A stretch of DNA of 64,000 nucleotides from Octopus sinensis (taxonomy: Eukaryota), in NCBI RefSeq assembly GCF_006345805.1, contig NC_043010.1, positions 40,672,001 through 40,736,000 of the forward strand. The letters are read 5' to 3'. The notes under the pieces were generated by a model that saw nothing but the letters and a program-made list of their open reading frames with translations, was not told where the DNA came from and ran no database searches. Position 1 is the stretch's first letter, and every line of letters begins with the position of its first letter. This document shows positions 41,870 through 56,430 of this stretch, one piece after another. The translations under genes were made by a program, and so were the position numbers.

Positions 41870-42261
41870 TTCTCTACTTGTTTCAATCATTTGACTGCGG
41901 CCATGCTGGAGCACCGCCTTTCGTCGAACAAATCGACCCCGAGACTTATTCTTTGTAAGCCCAGTACTTATTCTATCGGTCTCTTTTGCCGAACCGCTAA
42001 GTGACGGGGACGTAAACACACCAGCAACGGTTGTCAAGCAATGGTAGGGGGACAAACACAGATATACACACACACACATATATATATATACATATATACG
42101 ACAGGCTTCTTTCAGTTTCCGCCTACCAAATCCACTCACAAGGCATTGGTCGGCCCGGGGCTATAGCAGAAGACACTTGCCCAAGATGCTACACAGTGGG
42201 ACTGAACCCAGAACCATGTGGTTGGTAAGCAAGCTACTTACCACACAGCCACTCCTGCGCC

Positions 42262-42262
<1 letters not shown>
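41870..42262 (-). mobile_element. Full-length SINE family C
   Basis: Reverse complement of the 32704-33105 pattern. Confidence 0.9.
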
Positions 42263-42325
<63 letters not shown>

Positions 42326-42363
42326 ACATATATATATATACATAATATATATATACATAATAT

Positions 42364-42446
<83 letters not shown>

Positions 42447-42708
42447 CATATATATATATATACATACATAAATTTATATAATAAGGAAGGTCGTTATTAA
42501 AATACCGATCATATCGAGTGGCTAGCATTGGAATAAAAACCTCATAGGTAATAATTATTATAAAAATTATAATTAAGGGGGATTTTAGAGTCAAGTGTCG
42601 AGTGCTATATCTAGCATGATGGTATCTTTTAGATACCCTTAATTATAATTATATATTATATATATATAATATATATATATCTATAATATATATATTATAT
42701 ATATTATG

Positions 42709-42755
<47 letters not shown>

Positions 42756-43094
42756 ATATAGTATATATATATATATATATATATTATATAATATATATAT
42801 ATATATATATTCATAAATATATATATATATACATAAATAGATAGATAGATAAAGATAGATAGATAGATAGATATGTATATATGTATTTATACATGTATGT
42901 ATGCAACTGTGTACATAAGGGTAATTATGAGCAAGTATTCTGAGATACCAATATATTAACTTATTTTTAGTTTCAATTTTAAATTAGATCATTTGAAACA
43001 ACTGGAAATTCTCCAGTTGTTACCAGCAATTAGGTCGTATTATATTTTGTTCCATAGTATAAAGTATATACGAAACAAATATATACATTCATGC

Positions 43095-43210
<116 letters not shown>

Positions 43211-43729
43211 GCAGACACACGTATCTTTGTATTTATATAGTAATTATAACTATATATACGAAAATACATTCATATATGCATACATAACTGCATACATGCA
43301 GGCACGAGCAAGAGTAATGACTGGGAGACACATAAAATCATACATGCAGACATAATTATATTCCCTTGATATGCAGGTGTGTGTTTGGTACTAGGTGAGA
43401 GGTCTCGTGCCTTTCAGCATGTACGCGCGTGCGTATGGGTGTATGTGTGTTTGCAGCTTGTTTCCGAAAAGCATTCGGAAATATCAATGCATCTCTCCAT
43501 AATCTTATTTGCGGTACACCGATCTGTGGCACACACAGCACCTTTGCAAGTTAACGTTCATCTAATAGACGGATTGACCGAATATACGGCACAAATATTT
43601 TATCACTATAAGTATATCATCTGTGCACGTCGTTGAGCAAAAAATTGCAGCACCGTCATTTTCGGACTCTAGCGACCACCATAATATGTGTCAGTTTGTG
43701 AGTGCATGTGCATGTATTCATATGCATAA

Positions 43730-43811
<82 letters not shown>

Positions 43812-43940
43812 GGTCCCGGGTTGAGTCGGGGTTAACCACAGTAAATAAGGTACTCAATACATAGCAGAGTAAATTAATTTATTTTATAGAAGGAGCTTCT
43901 ACAGGACTAGAACTGTTTCATTCAAAAGAAATCATCAGGA
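43812..43940 (-). mobile_element. Penelope-like terminal fragment with truncated hammerhead
   Basis: Minus strand reads CTGATGA tttcttttgaat GAAAC agttcta GTC. The 5' strand of stem I is missing. Confidence 0.45.
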
Positions 43941-44101
43941 ATATATATATATATATTTATTTATCTATATATATACATATGTATATATATTTTTAATTAT
44001 ATATATATGCACATATATATATGTACGTTGTTATATACTTATATAAATTTGTATATATATATATATATATATATATATACTCAAAATAAGCAACAAGGAC
44101 A

Positions 44102-44256
44102 TCCAAGGTAGAATAGTACAATTGTTTCATGCTACTTCATTTTATTAAACACTGTAAGTATTACATCAGTTTTAAAATGTCGAGCAATCTACCACCACAC
44201 TTACAGTTTTTAATAAAATGAAGTAGCATGAAACAATTGTACTACTCTACCTTGGA
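44102..44256. repeat. Inverted repeat, 58-bp arms, 39-nt spacer
   Basis: tccaaggtagaatagtac...actgtaagt against acttacag...ctaccttgga, 2 mismatches. Confidence 0.9.
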
Positions 44257-44347
44257 AATCCAATTTGATTTATATGGATAATACCATACAAAATTCTGGT
44301 GCCTTTAACTTAAGTACCATATACATCTGAATCTAAATTTTGCTGAA

Positions 44348-44389
<42 letters not shown>

Positions 44390-44618
44390 CACACTGAGCT
44401 ACATTTTATGTAGGAATATACAATGATGTGTCCCTTTACACACACGTGCACACACTCAAGCAGACACACTGACACACGCATATATAGATTTATATTCTTT
44501 GTTTTGTAATGGTAAAAAAATTCTGAACGAAAATCTTGTGTAATATGATTCTGTTTTCCGAGGGGGAACAAGTGTTGCCTCTCATCGATCGATATCAGCT
44601 GTTGCAGAATGACATCCG

Positions 44619-44696
<78 letters not shown>

Positions 44697-44699
44697 TCG

Positions 44700-44960
44700 T
44701 CTTTTGTTTCCAGGTAAGCATTCGGATCATGTGATATTTTACAATGATTCTCTTCTCGGACAGATAATATTTGCAACGTCTACTTTTATTCAGATATGTT
44801 CCAAGTGGTTCCAGCAGTTTCCAGTTGAAGTTTTTCTATTGCCATATTTCTTCCTGTCATATACAGTTGATTAATGTTGTAACACTTGGCCTCATTGGAT
44901 TCTGCTTCGTAGACCACAGCTTCTGATTATCTGGTCTTACAATGGAATGGAGCTTTCACT
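44700..44960 (-). pseudogene. Penelope-like GIY-YIG endonuclease C-terminal relic
   Basis: Minus frame NWKLLEPLGTYLNKSRRCKYYLSEKRII matches the PLE pattern WxIL..Y....xRCxLCLxEK..II. Confidence 0.6.
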
Positions 44961-45312
44961 TGTGTGTATGTGTTATGTTTAGGAATATGAGTGAGCAGGG
45001 GGCGGCTGTGTTAATGTACGACAATCTTATCATCCAGATCCAAACTGGTCATTGCGTCTATGAAAGTTACTATCTTAATTTCGGTTTTAATAATTTCGGT
45101 TTTAATAATCAGTCCTAGCGATTGAAAATGTGGATAGGCCGATCCTCAGTCTGTCCACAGTGTCCATGTCTAGTGCCTCTAGGGAAAGCTAAAGTATTGT
45201 TTCAACTTCGACCAAAGCAGGCAGACTGGGATTTCAGATATGAAGTAATTAGTATTAACTGGCCTAACACGAGAAGAAAACATTTACTTTTTTATCATAT
45301 ATTATATATATA

Positions 45313-45355
<43 letters not shown>

Positions 45356-45369
45356 TATTATACATACGT

Positions 45370-45412
<43 letters not shown>

Positions 45413-45777
45413 ATGTGTGTGTCAATATATATATATACATGTATATACGTCAATATATATATATACATATGCATGTATATATATGTATATATACATATAT
45501 ATACTGTGTATATCAATACATACATACATATATATATATTTATACATACATATATATATATATATGTATATACGTAAATATTAACAAGTGAAAGTACATA
45601 GGTAATCGTTTTTTATTTTGTATATTTTCATTTGTCTTGCTTATTTTTACACTTTGATATTTTGCTGAGTTTTCGTGAGAACACATTCTTCGTTGAAAAT
45701 GGTGATTTGACGTCTATATCTAGCATATAGGCTGTCCACTTTTAGTGGTCAGTCTCCTAAATTTTGTATATATAACT

Positions 45778-45828
<51 letters not shown>

Positions 45829-46490
45829 TGTGTATACAATGTATTTTCTACGTGATTATTTCTACTTTTATCTCCAAACTCTACATACATACTTGCATAC
45901 ATACACATTTATACTTTCATACTTACCTATAATTGGCAAATCTGGTTTTTATATCGTTACGTACGTTAAATCAATGATTTAAACATAGCAGTAATTATAC
46001 AAGAATATTTTGACGACATGTAGCAAATAACGTATAACCATCATTTGATTACTTTGGCACTTTCAAATAATTGTATGATTATAATCGGTTCTTCGAAATT
46101 ATTTATTACCATTATATGATTATAATCAGCATTTTCCAATTATTATGATCATTATGTAATTATAATCAGCACTTTCAAATTTTTACGATCATTATAACAT
46201 ATATGTAAACAAGAATACTAACTTGCTATAAAAATCGTCAACTTATTTTAAATTATGTTTTAAGACCATAAAAATATCAATAACATTTTGAAACATATTT
46301 TTTGCTAAATTCTAGAAATGAACTTTTAACTTTTTCTATAATTTAGGAAAATATTGATATTTTCATTGTTTCAAAAATGTACTTTAAAATGAGTTGATGA
46401 CATACTTACATACAGTCGGAGAGACAGACAGACAGACAGATAGAGAGGGGGGAAAAGAGATGAGGAGATAAATAGATAGACAGACAGATG

Positions 46491-46533
<43 letters not shown>

Positions 46534-46546
46534 GGATAGATAGATG

Positions 46547-46615
<69 letters not shown>

Positions 46616-46826
46616 GTTTCTTTATTGGCCACACAGGGCTGCACCACAGATGGGACAAGTTACAAGGTAGAGCTTCTTTTCGGGGATGAAGAGAACAAAA
46701 ACAAAAGAAAAAAAGGGGTGGTGGCGTAGGTTTTCGATCAAGAGGGATCGTAAAAGGGAAGAAAGAAACAAAAAAAAAAATTTGAATAAAATAAAAGGAA
46801 TAAAAAGAAAAAAAGAAGATAGATAG

Positions 46827-46895
<69 letters not shown>

Positions 46896-46916
46896 TTACA
46901 TTCACCCCCCACACAC

Positions 46917-46947
<31 letters not shown>

Positions 46948-47279
46948 TATATACATACATTTGTGTGTATGCGTGTGTGTTTGTGTGTCACGAGGAATTA
47001 ATTTTACAAATTCATGGTACTGTCTTAAACCTCGGGCATGCATATCTTTTCAAATTTCGAAATAATCCCGTAGACTTAAGAACAGAAGAAGGAAGCATAT
47101 AAGATTCCAATACTTTGTGAGTAAAGAATTGGTATTTTATATGTATACCATTCTGCCTAAATAATGGATCAAAATCTGTAATATCCCTGCATATCTCACA
47201 TCTGTTTTCATTCCTGCACTTCACTTTTTATTTCATATCTTATCTAAATTAACTATTGCTTAACTATCTTCTCATACCA

Positions 47280-47326
47280 TCTCCGATGAAGGGTATAAAA
47301 AATATCCCGGAAACAGCTGTAAGACC
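47280..47326 (+). ncRNA. Minimal type I hammerhead motif (U4C variant)
   Basis: tct CCGATGA a gggtat..atatccc g GAAAC agct GTA aga, with palindromic cagctg in stem III. Confidence 0.55.
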
Positions 47327-47454
47327 TATTTATAAATGTTCTAAGATCTTCACAGCCTTGTATATTTAGCTCATGCTGCAAAAAAAATTATATATATACA
47401 TAGAGGTACATATGCATGTGCATGTGCATGTATGTGCTTGTGTGTGCGCGTTTC

Positions 47455-47700
47455 AAGGTGCTTGCCCTAGTGGTTAAGCTGTTGCACTCACGATTCCCTG
47501 ACGGGGCGATGCCTTGTGTTCTTCAGCCACACACTTCATTTCACGGTGCCCCGGTTTCCCTTTCGATTAGGGTAAAAGTGGGTCTATTCGCCTAGCCAGT
47601 GGAGTGTCGTCATTTGATGGCTAAAACAATGCAAAAGCGCATCGTCTCCAGTGTTGTTTAAGAACAACTGATAGCCTGATGTGTCACACGATCACAAGAT
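47455..47700 (+). mobile_element. Diverged tRNA-headed SINE (family D tail)
   Basis: Tail tagccagtggagtgtcgtcatttgatggctaaaacaatgc recurs at ~51625-51730. Confidence 0.65.
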
Positions 47701-47791
47701 AACTATTCAACATTTCATATACATATTTATATACACACACATATACACATTTACCTGCAGGTAGATATATCTATGCTTATAAATATACTTT

Positions 47792-47834
<43 letters not shown>

Positions 47835-48563
47835 TGTGTGTGTGTGTATGTTTGTATATTATATATATATATGCATCTACGCATTTATGTATCGATTCAT
47901 ATATATTATACATATATATACATTACATATATGTACGTATGTATTTATGTATATGAGGAGTCTGGGGTGCGGTATTGAACACTGAAATGCGTTAATTTTC
48001 TCTATTATATATATGCTCTATTTAAATTTATCATTTTATTATTGTTTTACTTGTATTTTCAACAACTGCCGGCTCATATCATTTTTCTTAAAAAGCGCCA
48101 TGTATCAGATAACAGCGATATTCATAAAAATTTAACAAGAAACAGAAAATGTCCGCCATAATGATATATTTGTATGCATGCATGTGTATATACGTAAGTA
48201 CGTAAATGTAAATTGATGTATATAACATATACAATATATGGTTATACCAATAATTTATGTATATATGCATCAGGTTATACTCACACATCCCCATATATAA
48301 AAGCATACACGTTCATACGTATCTATGTACTGACACAAAAATATACATTTTTTGTCACTAATTTCAACTGATTTGTATTCAGTGTCAAAAATACTATTGA
48401 TATATATATATACATGTGCGTGGGCATGTATGTATATATCGAGTAACTTTGTATTCAATGTTGAAATACGTACAAACAAACACAAACACATATCTATATA
48501 TTTATTTAATTATTGATATGTATAGTATATATACATATTATTTATATGCTTGTGAATACATTA

Positions 48564-48638
<75 letters not shown>

Positions 48639-48749
48639 TGTATATTTCAAAATATGTGTAACATATATATACATTACCTATACGTATATATACATGTATG
48701 TATATATATGTATGCATAATATATATGGATTCAAACATACATGCATTGA

Positions 48750-49470
48750 TCATGAAAGAAGTTTATCATGGACCACTCGCCGGATTAATACCTGTAAATT
48801 TGAAGGGTATGTGTTTGCAATCGAGGAACTGGAAATGTCAACCAAGTATCTGATGCACAAAAGGCATAGAGATGCAGGAAAAAGAGTAAAATGTGTCAAC
48901 TGATGCAGACTTTGTGGAGTTCACACTGAAGATATCACCCACATCGTAAGCAGTTTTCCAGTATGAGACATGATGTTGTAACTAGGAAACTCTATAATGA
49001 AATCCGACGGAAGGATAATCCAGAAGACAAAGAAATAAGAACCCACAATATGGTAGTGGCCATAGCCACTGATAATAAGGAATGCTGGTGATATGTCCCA
49101 GTGAAGACCTCAATAAAATGTAAGCACAACAGACCTGATATAATGATTTGGAACAGAGAAGAGAAACTGTGCACAGTTATGGAAATTAGCTGCCCAGCAG
49201 ATGTTAACGTAAAGCTGAAGATCAGTGAAAAAGACAACGCCTACGCTGAACTATTGAGAAATTTGCAGTTACACTATCCAGGTTACAAGTTCAAGTCTAT
49301 ACCTGTATTTATTGGCGCTCTGGGATATATAACAGACTGCCTAAATATCAATCTTGAGAAATAAGGCTTCTCAAAACCAGAAAGGAAAAAGCTAATTCAA
49401 AAATTACACATCTGATCCATCACTGGAGCTATAAAAATCTAGAAAACTTTCCAGAAGTTTTTCATTTAAT
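48750..49470 (+). mobile_element. R4/Dong-type (RLE) non-LTR retrotransposon 3' fragment
   Basis: CRLCGVHTEDITHIVSS knuckle, then HNRPDIMIWNREEKLCTVMEISCPAD..KISEK (PD-(D/E)xK nuclease) and IPVFIGALG. Ends in (CATA)n. Confidence 0.85.
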
Positions 49471-50159
49471 ATATATGAGCATGTCTACATATGCAACTAC
49501 ATGCATGAGAATACATACATAAAACATACAAATCTGCACATACATGCATACTCACACATACATGCAACCATACATGCATACATACATACATACATACATA
49601 CATACATACATACATACATACATGGCACGGTATCAATGCCGGACGCGGAGACAAAGATTCTGTATCTCTGAAACAAGTATATATATATATATATATATAT
49701 AGTTGAAATTTACAGAAAAACAATAAACGAAGAATAAAAAGCAGGTGTATTAGTTTGACGCTCGGGAAAGTGAGAAAATATGTTACGTTTCGAGCCTTCA
49801 CTCTTCAAGAGAAAGGAATTGGAGAAAGTATTGAGAATATATAAATATATATAGAATTCATAAGTAAGAATGTTTATATTCTTACTTATGAATATTCCAG
49901 GATATAAAGATTTCGCTTTTTGTATGTAAAACATGCTTGAGCTCGTCAGCTAGACCTAACACATAATCAGCTATTTCTGAGATATTCACCATATTACACC
50001 GTATGCCTTCTTGCATTTGAATGCCCTGCGTCATTTAAAAAAACGAACATAACTTGAGTTATTTATGAATTTAAATTTAAATAAGTATCACTAATTTTAA
50101 TAATAGAGAGGCCAGCAAGATTAGACATTTATAACATAGAAAAAAATATATGAGTACGT

Positions 50160-50480
50160 AGGAGCGCTCCGTCGGTTACGATGACGAGGGTCCCAGCTGA
50201 TACGATTAACGGAACAGCTTGCTCGTGAAATGAGATGTGCAAGTGTCTGAGCACTCCACAAACACGTGTACACTCAACGTAGCTCCATAGAGATTCAGCG
50301 TGACACAGAGTGTAACAAGGCTAGCCCTTTGAAATACAGGTACTACCCATTTTTGCTGAGTGGACTAGAGCAACGTGAAATAAAGTGTCTTGCTCAATGA
50401 TACAACGCGTCACCAGGTATTGAACTCACAACCTTATGATCGCGAGTGGAATGCCCTAACCACTAAGCCACGCGCCTTCA
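50160..50480 (-). mobile_element. SINE family A
   Basis: Reverse complement of the 2428-2752 pattern. Confidence 0.85.
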
Positions 50481-51200
50481 TCATGCGTATATTCAAGATT
50501 ATGTATGCACTGACATATACATATGTAGGAAATTCTGTCTGTGGGTGTGTCTGTGGAGTTTTAGCTAACTCCTCTGACATCGTTTTATCGATTTTGATGA
50601 AAATTAACACGTGAGTAGAACTCATGTCTGAAAACCACATGGCATACTCAAGTTGTTGAAAAAATCGATAGTAGGGACCCTGGATATGTATAGAGATCCT
50701 TATATATATATGTGTGTAATATATTTTATTTTTAAGACAAAGGGAAATGACCTTATGACAAAGGCAAGGAATTCTGTCTTCTCTGTAATTCTGAACTATT
50801 TTTCATTATTTTTTCTAAAAATCCCCTAGTAAACACGGTTATAGAGCATGCAACCCGATGTAAACATTGGCAAGAACACACCTTTAGTTCATATAAGTAA
50901 TCTCTATCATTATATATAATTTAACATAAATTTTCTTTTTATATTTAACATTCACTATAAAAATATCCCTGAAACAATATTAATAGCGTTCAGTAAATCA
51001 CTATACATATCCATCATTTTCTGTTAAAATGTCTTATTGACGAGTTTCATTTCTTCACTTCCCTAAAGAGAAGATTACCTTGTTTTACACCAATTTATTC
51101 CTTTGGAATAATATCAGTGATATCTTCGAAACATGTGTCGGAAGTAAAAATATTTAAATTATACCTGCGTTAAACTCCAATTATTTATATACATATATAT

Positions 51201-51267
<67 letters not shown>

Positions 51268-51278
51268 ATTATTATTAT

Positions 51279-51325
<47 letters not shown>

Positions 51326-52386
51326 TTTCTAAATCTCTCAAAGAGAGATATACAGTGACAGCACCATAAAGTAATTACTTTTGCCAACATAATGTGGCAG
51401 TCCCAGGATGAGACGAATGTTACTGTTATTTAGCCCCAGGAAACATCGTTTCCAACTGGCTGTGCTGGGTGGAGGTGCTAATCTCCTCTGTTCGAAAATA
51501 TAAGGACACAGTATTTGTTTGTGTTGTATAGCCAGGCATACATACATATGTATGTAATACATATATATGTGTGTGTGTCTATGTATACATATATATATAT
51601 ATGTATGTATGTTGGCCTGCTCGCTTAGCCAGCGGGGTGGCGTCATCTGAAGGCTAAAACAATGCGAAGCGCATTGTGATCAGCGATGTGTAGCAACATC
51701 TAATATCCTGGTTGGTCACGGTGACGGTGATTTATGTATGTATGTATGTATGTATGATTATATGGTTATATTTCGCTTACACACCATTTATATATATAAT
51801 ATATATATATACATATATATGTATGATTTGATCCAGGTATAAAGTTATATATCTCTTTCTGTCTTTGTATGGTGTGTGTGTGTGTGTGTGCGTGCGTGCG
51901 CGTGTGCGTGTATGTGTGTTTGTATGTGTGTTTGTGTTTTCTGTTCTTTATAACACTTACAGATTTCCTTTGTTAATAGTGCAATATTGCTAAGTGCATA
52001 TTCACACGTGCAAAATTACGCGCACACACATATAAAACTTACACACACACACACACACACGGAATACTAGTATGTGTAATATCAAATATATCGTAAGAAC
52101 TGCAGATGGTAAGTAGAATGTATTCGTACATATTTAGTTATCAATAAATGTACGGATGAGTAACTACATACATTAATTTATATCCCCGGTTTTGATTTCA
52201 TGACTTACAGATTTTATTCATTTATTTTAAATGTCCTTAAAATCCGTTTCTCTCGAGAGTACGGTTGACTGGGTTCGATCTGATCGCACTAAGCAAATAA
52301 CTTGTTGATTTAGTTGCTTCATAAATCTGGATAATGGGTTTGTTTGTAGATATGACCTTTATGCACAAGTCAAACGCACAAATATA

Positions 52387-53657
52387 CGAGGGGCGTTCAA
52401 TAAGTAATGCCCCTGACCCACTTCCCATAGAAGTAGAGCAACGAAACTTGGCACAGTTATTAGTCTTTCTCTACATAGGAACCACCCAGAGTTACGCATT
52501 TCTCCCATTGTTTGATGCAGCTCTGGAGACCGTTTTTGTAGAAGACCCCAGCTTGGCCCTCCAACCTGAACGTGAGTTCAGAAATCACGGCTGCATCATC
52601 TGGGAAACGCTTTCCTTTCAAAAACAACTTCATGACTGGGAAGAGGTGAAAATCAGAGGGTGCAAGGTCAGGAAAGTAGGGGGATGGGGGAGGAGTTCAT
52701 AGCCATACGCCTGTGCTTCTGATCTGGCGACACGCGAGTTGTGGACCGGAGCGTTGTCCTGCAGGAGGAGGATGCCTTTGCTGATCTTGCCCCGCCTCTT
52801 GATTTTGATAACTTCTCTTAATTTCCTCAAAAGTGAAGCATAATAGACTCCTGCAATTGTGGTACCCTTTGCCAAGAAATCTGTCATCACTACTCCGTCC
52901 TGGTCCCAGAAGACTGAGCATGACCTTGCCAGCGGAGGGCTGCACCCTTGCCTTCTTTGGAGGGGGTGAGTCATGGTGCTTCCACTGCATTGACTGGGCT
53001 TTGGTCTCTGGATCATCGTGATGGACCCAGGTTTCATCCTGTGTAATCAGTCTTTTGAAAAATTTTGACTCATATTCTTGGCACATCTCCAAATTCACCC
53101 TCGAGCACTCGACACGTTCTTGCTTCTGGAAAGGCGGGAGCAACATGGGAATCCTTCTGGCAGACACCTTTTGCATATGCAAATGGTCATGAATGATAGT
53201 TTCCACAGGCCCGGTACTAATCTTGACCTCATGGGCTATTTGGCGAATAATTATGCGTCGATCTTCCAAAATGGCAGCCTCAACTTGACGGACAGATGCC
53301 TCATCAATGGCAGAAGGGGCAACCAGATCTGGGAGCTGTTTCCACAGAGTTCCGACCATGTTTGAATTCACGATGCCAGCGTTTTACAAGGTCATATGAT
53401 GGGGCATCATCACCATAAGTTACTTTCATTTCATCAAAAGTCTCCCGTGGTGTGCGTCCTTTCAAATACAAAAACCGGATCACTGCTCGACACTCAACAG
53501 GCTCCATTTCACACTTGACTCGGTTCAAACACCTGTAAATCAGAAACCACAATTAATTCAGAGCTGTAATTTGCCACTTACTCTATAGAGATATAAATTT
53601 CAGCTAGATCAAACAACTGCAAGTGGGTCAGAGGCATTACTTATTGAACGTCCCTCG
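52387..53657 (-). mobile_element. Full-length mariner transposon (1271 bp; irritans/Hsmar2-like TIR)
   Basis: ~37-bp TIRs cgaggggcgttcaataagtaatgcccctgacccactt / aagtgggtcagaggcattacttattgaacgtccctcg, with TA on both flanks. Confidence 0.95.
52460..53507 (-). pseudogene. Mariner D,D34D transposase, frameshifted
   Basis: MEPVECRAVIRFL...WHREFKHGR (HTH), ITQDETWVHH, LLQDNAPVH and HPP..DLAPSDFHLF pieced together across frames. Stop at 52460. Confidence 0.9.
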
Positions 53658-54013
53658 TACATCTGTTCTGAATATTAGTGACTGTTTTAGCGATAGCGGT
53701 ACTTTATTGGTCTTACTTCCTGAAACTTTGACAAATTAAAAGCAAAATGTATCTTTGTTATTCGAAATCGGAACAGGAACGTCGCAGTTAAATACAAAAA
53801 GTATCTATCTGATGTTCTGCTGGCGCAGTCCAATCATGGTTTCCCTTTCCACATAGATATCAATAAAAACATCGTTAAGCATTCTAAAGACAGGTGTACA
53901 TCAATAAGCATTTTGCTCACGAATGGATGCATTCAATTGTCGTTGCAAATATTAGGCCCAATGACGATTAGCCTGTGTGGGTACAAATAAAGATACATGT
54001 CAGACAGAAGGAA

Positions 54014-55460
54014 ATGGACTATGAGTCTCTAACAGACTTGTCCACGACAGATGAGGAACTGGAAAGGCAATTGCAATGAAGCTGATGGAAGAAAAGCCTG
54101 GAGTTTTCGAGTCTTTATCAGACTTGTCTACGTCTGAGAAGGAGCTAGAAATGGCAGCAAGGAAATTGGAAGAGAAGCTGAGTTATACCTATGCCGGTGT
54201 AACCAAGAAGGCGAAGAGAAAGGGGTCGACTTGGCCAAGTGCCAGTTACCAGAAATACAAAAAAATGAAAATGGAAAGCGGTGAGGTGGAACTGGCACCG
54301 ACACCCAGGAGAAAGGAATGGTATGATAAGAGGACCATTATTTACAGGGTTTTCGCAAACGAAAGGAAGAGGGTAGAAGTTGTAACCATGGAATGGATAG
54401 AGGAAGCCCTGCGAAGAACTGAGGAGGAAATAAATTTCTGACTCGAGGATCCAAGTACGGAACCGTAGTGGTACATTTTAAAAGTGAATCTGCAGCGAGG
54501 AGATGGCGGCGAAGGCGGTGAAGTCAGAAAAGGTAACACTGTTTACCTACGTATTTAACAGAAGGATTACACGAATAAGGGTGGAGGGAGTGCCCCCAAA
54601 CGTGGAGGCAGAATGGATTGTGGCGGCTGTGATCAGCGCCACGAGGACGAAGTAGATATTCTCCATGCCTCGGTAAGTCCGAGGGCTGGAGAGGCGTAAC
54701 AGTGGAGCTGAACGTACAGGCAGAGACCGAGGTACTGGTGGACCTGACGGAAAGCATCAAATTGGGAGACGTGATCATGAGAGTGTGGGTGGAGGGCAGG
54801 GCTCCACGTTGTTACAAGTGTGGCCTGAGGGGTCACATAAGAGCCTTCTGCCCTCCCCCAGGGAAAGAAAGTGATTCCGAACCACAGAGAGAGAAGCAGA
54901 AACCAGAGGAGAAGGAAACAGAGGAGAGAATACACAGAAATGAAGGAAGCTGGAAGTAAGAGGAAGAGAAGAATACGTGGAAAGAAAATAATATGGAACT
55001 CCAATCCACCCCAAAACCACCCACGCCCTCTGAGTCCCACCCTATCCATGCAGACATTGAACCACCCGCTCCCCCCCAACAAGAAAACAAAAGAAAAAAA
55101 AGAATACACACACACAAAGATTGAAATCGATATCAGGCCGTACATTTGTACTATGACTGAACAGAAAGAAGTAAAAGTCTAATGGAAGAGTATAAATGGT
55201 ATGATGTTGGTGAGACTAGGTATGCTGTGATTGAAAGAAGAACTTTGATGAGTTTATGGTGAGGTGTGTGAAAGGGAGAATTGGAGTGAAAGATATAAGA
55301 ATGAGCGATGAATTCGTGGAAAATATGGATGAGTATTTCGGAGTAAGAATGGATATGGAATTTATTCGTATTGGCAAGAACATTCATGACTATGAAAAAC
55401 AAAGGACAGGTAAGTGATGCTGACGGACGGGGCCGTTGGTATCGCTTTCATTTAATCATT
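54014..55460 (+). pseudogene. L1/Tx1-like ORF1 protein (CCHC zinc knuckle), copy 1, frameshifted
   Basis: Pieces in ORFs 54076-54441 and 54702-54959. RVWVEGRAPRCYKCGLRGHIRAFC (CX2CX4HX4C) at ~54810, preceded by RIRVEGVPP, as in L1/Tx1 ORF1. Confidence 0.7.
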
Positions 55461-55564
55461 TTTTCGTTTAACAATTCATTTTCATAAATTTTAATTATAA
55501 TGTTCTATGTCCCCATGTCTCTTGGTGTCCCATTCTGTGTCGCCCCTAGTGGGTAATAAAGAAT

Positions 55565-56430
55565 CACCAAACGTGGAGGCAGAGTGGATTGTGGCGGCTG
55601 TGATCAGCGGCCACGAGGAGGAAGTAGATATTCTCCATGCCTCGGTTAAGTCCGAGGGCTGGAGAGGCGTAACAGTGGAGCTGAACGTACAGGCAGAGAC
55701 CGAGGTACTGGTGGACCTGACGGAAAGCATCAGATTGGGAGACGTGATCATGAGAGTGTGGGTGGAGGGCAGGGCTCCACGTTGTTACAAGTGTGGCCTG
55801 AGGGGTCACATAAGAGCCTTTTGCCCTCCCCCAGGGAAAGAAATGGATTTCGAACAGCAGAGAGAGAAGCAGAAACCAGAGGAGAAGGAGACAGTAGAAG
55901 AGGAAGAGAATACACAGAAATGGAAGGAAGCTGGAAATAAGAGGAAGAGAAGAATACGTGGAAAAGAAAATAATATGGAACTCCAATCCACCCCAAAACC
56001 ACCCACGCCCTCTGAGTCCCACCCTATCCATGCAGACATTGAACCCACCCGCTCCCCCCCAACAAGAAAACAAAAGAAAAGAAAGAATACACACACACAG
56101 AGATTGAAATCGATATCAGGCCGTACATTTGTACTATGACTGAACAGAAAGAAGTTAAAAGTCTAATGGAAGAGTATAAATGGTATGAAGTTGGTGAGAC
56201 TAGGTATGCTGTGATTGAAAAGAAGAACTTTGATGAGTTTATGGTGAGGTGTGAAAGGGAGAATGGGAGGTGAAAGATATAAGAATGAGCGATGAATTCG
56301 TGGAAAATATGGATGAGTATTTCGGAGTAAGAATGGATATGGAATTTATTCGTATTGGCAAAGAACATTCAAGTGACTATGAAAAACAAAGGACAGGTAA
56401 GTGATGCTGACGGACGGGGCCGTTGGTATC
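55565..56430 (+). pseudogene. L1/Tx1-like ORF1, copy 2 (5'-truncated)
   Basis: ORF 55507-56139 carries PNVEAEWIV...CYKCGLRGHIRAFC at ~55783. Confidence 0.7.

Noticed and set aside
44695-44719. Recursive-splice-like site ttttgtttccag|gtaagc
   Set aside because: It lies at the edge of an antisense Penelope relic and no host transcript is established, so chance is likely without RNA-seq support.
55507-55564. ATG-initiated N-terminus MSPCLLVSHSVSPLVGNKES of the 210-aa ORF
   Set aside because: It is the non-coding 3' tail of copy 1 falling in frame with copy 2 by chance.
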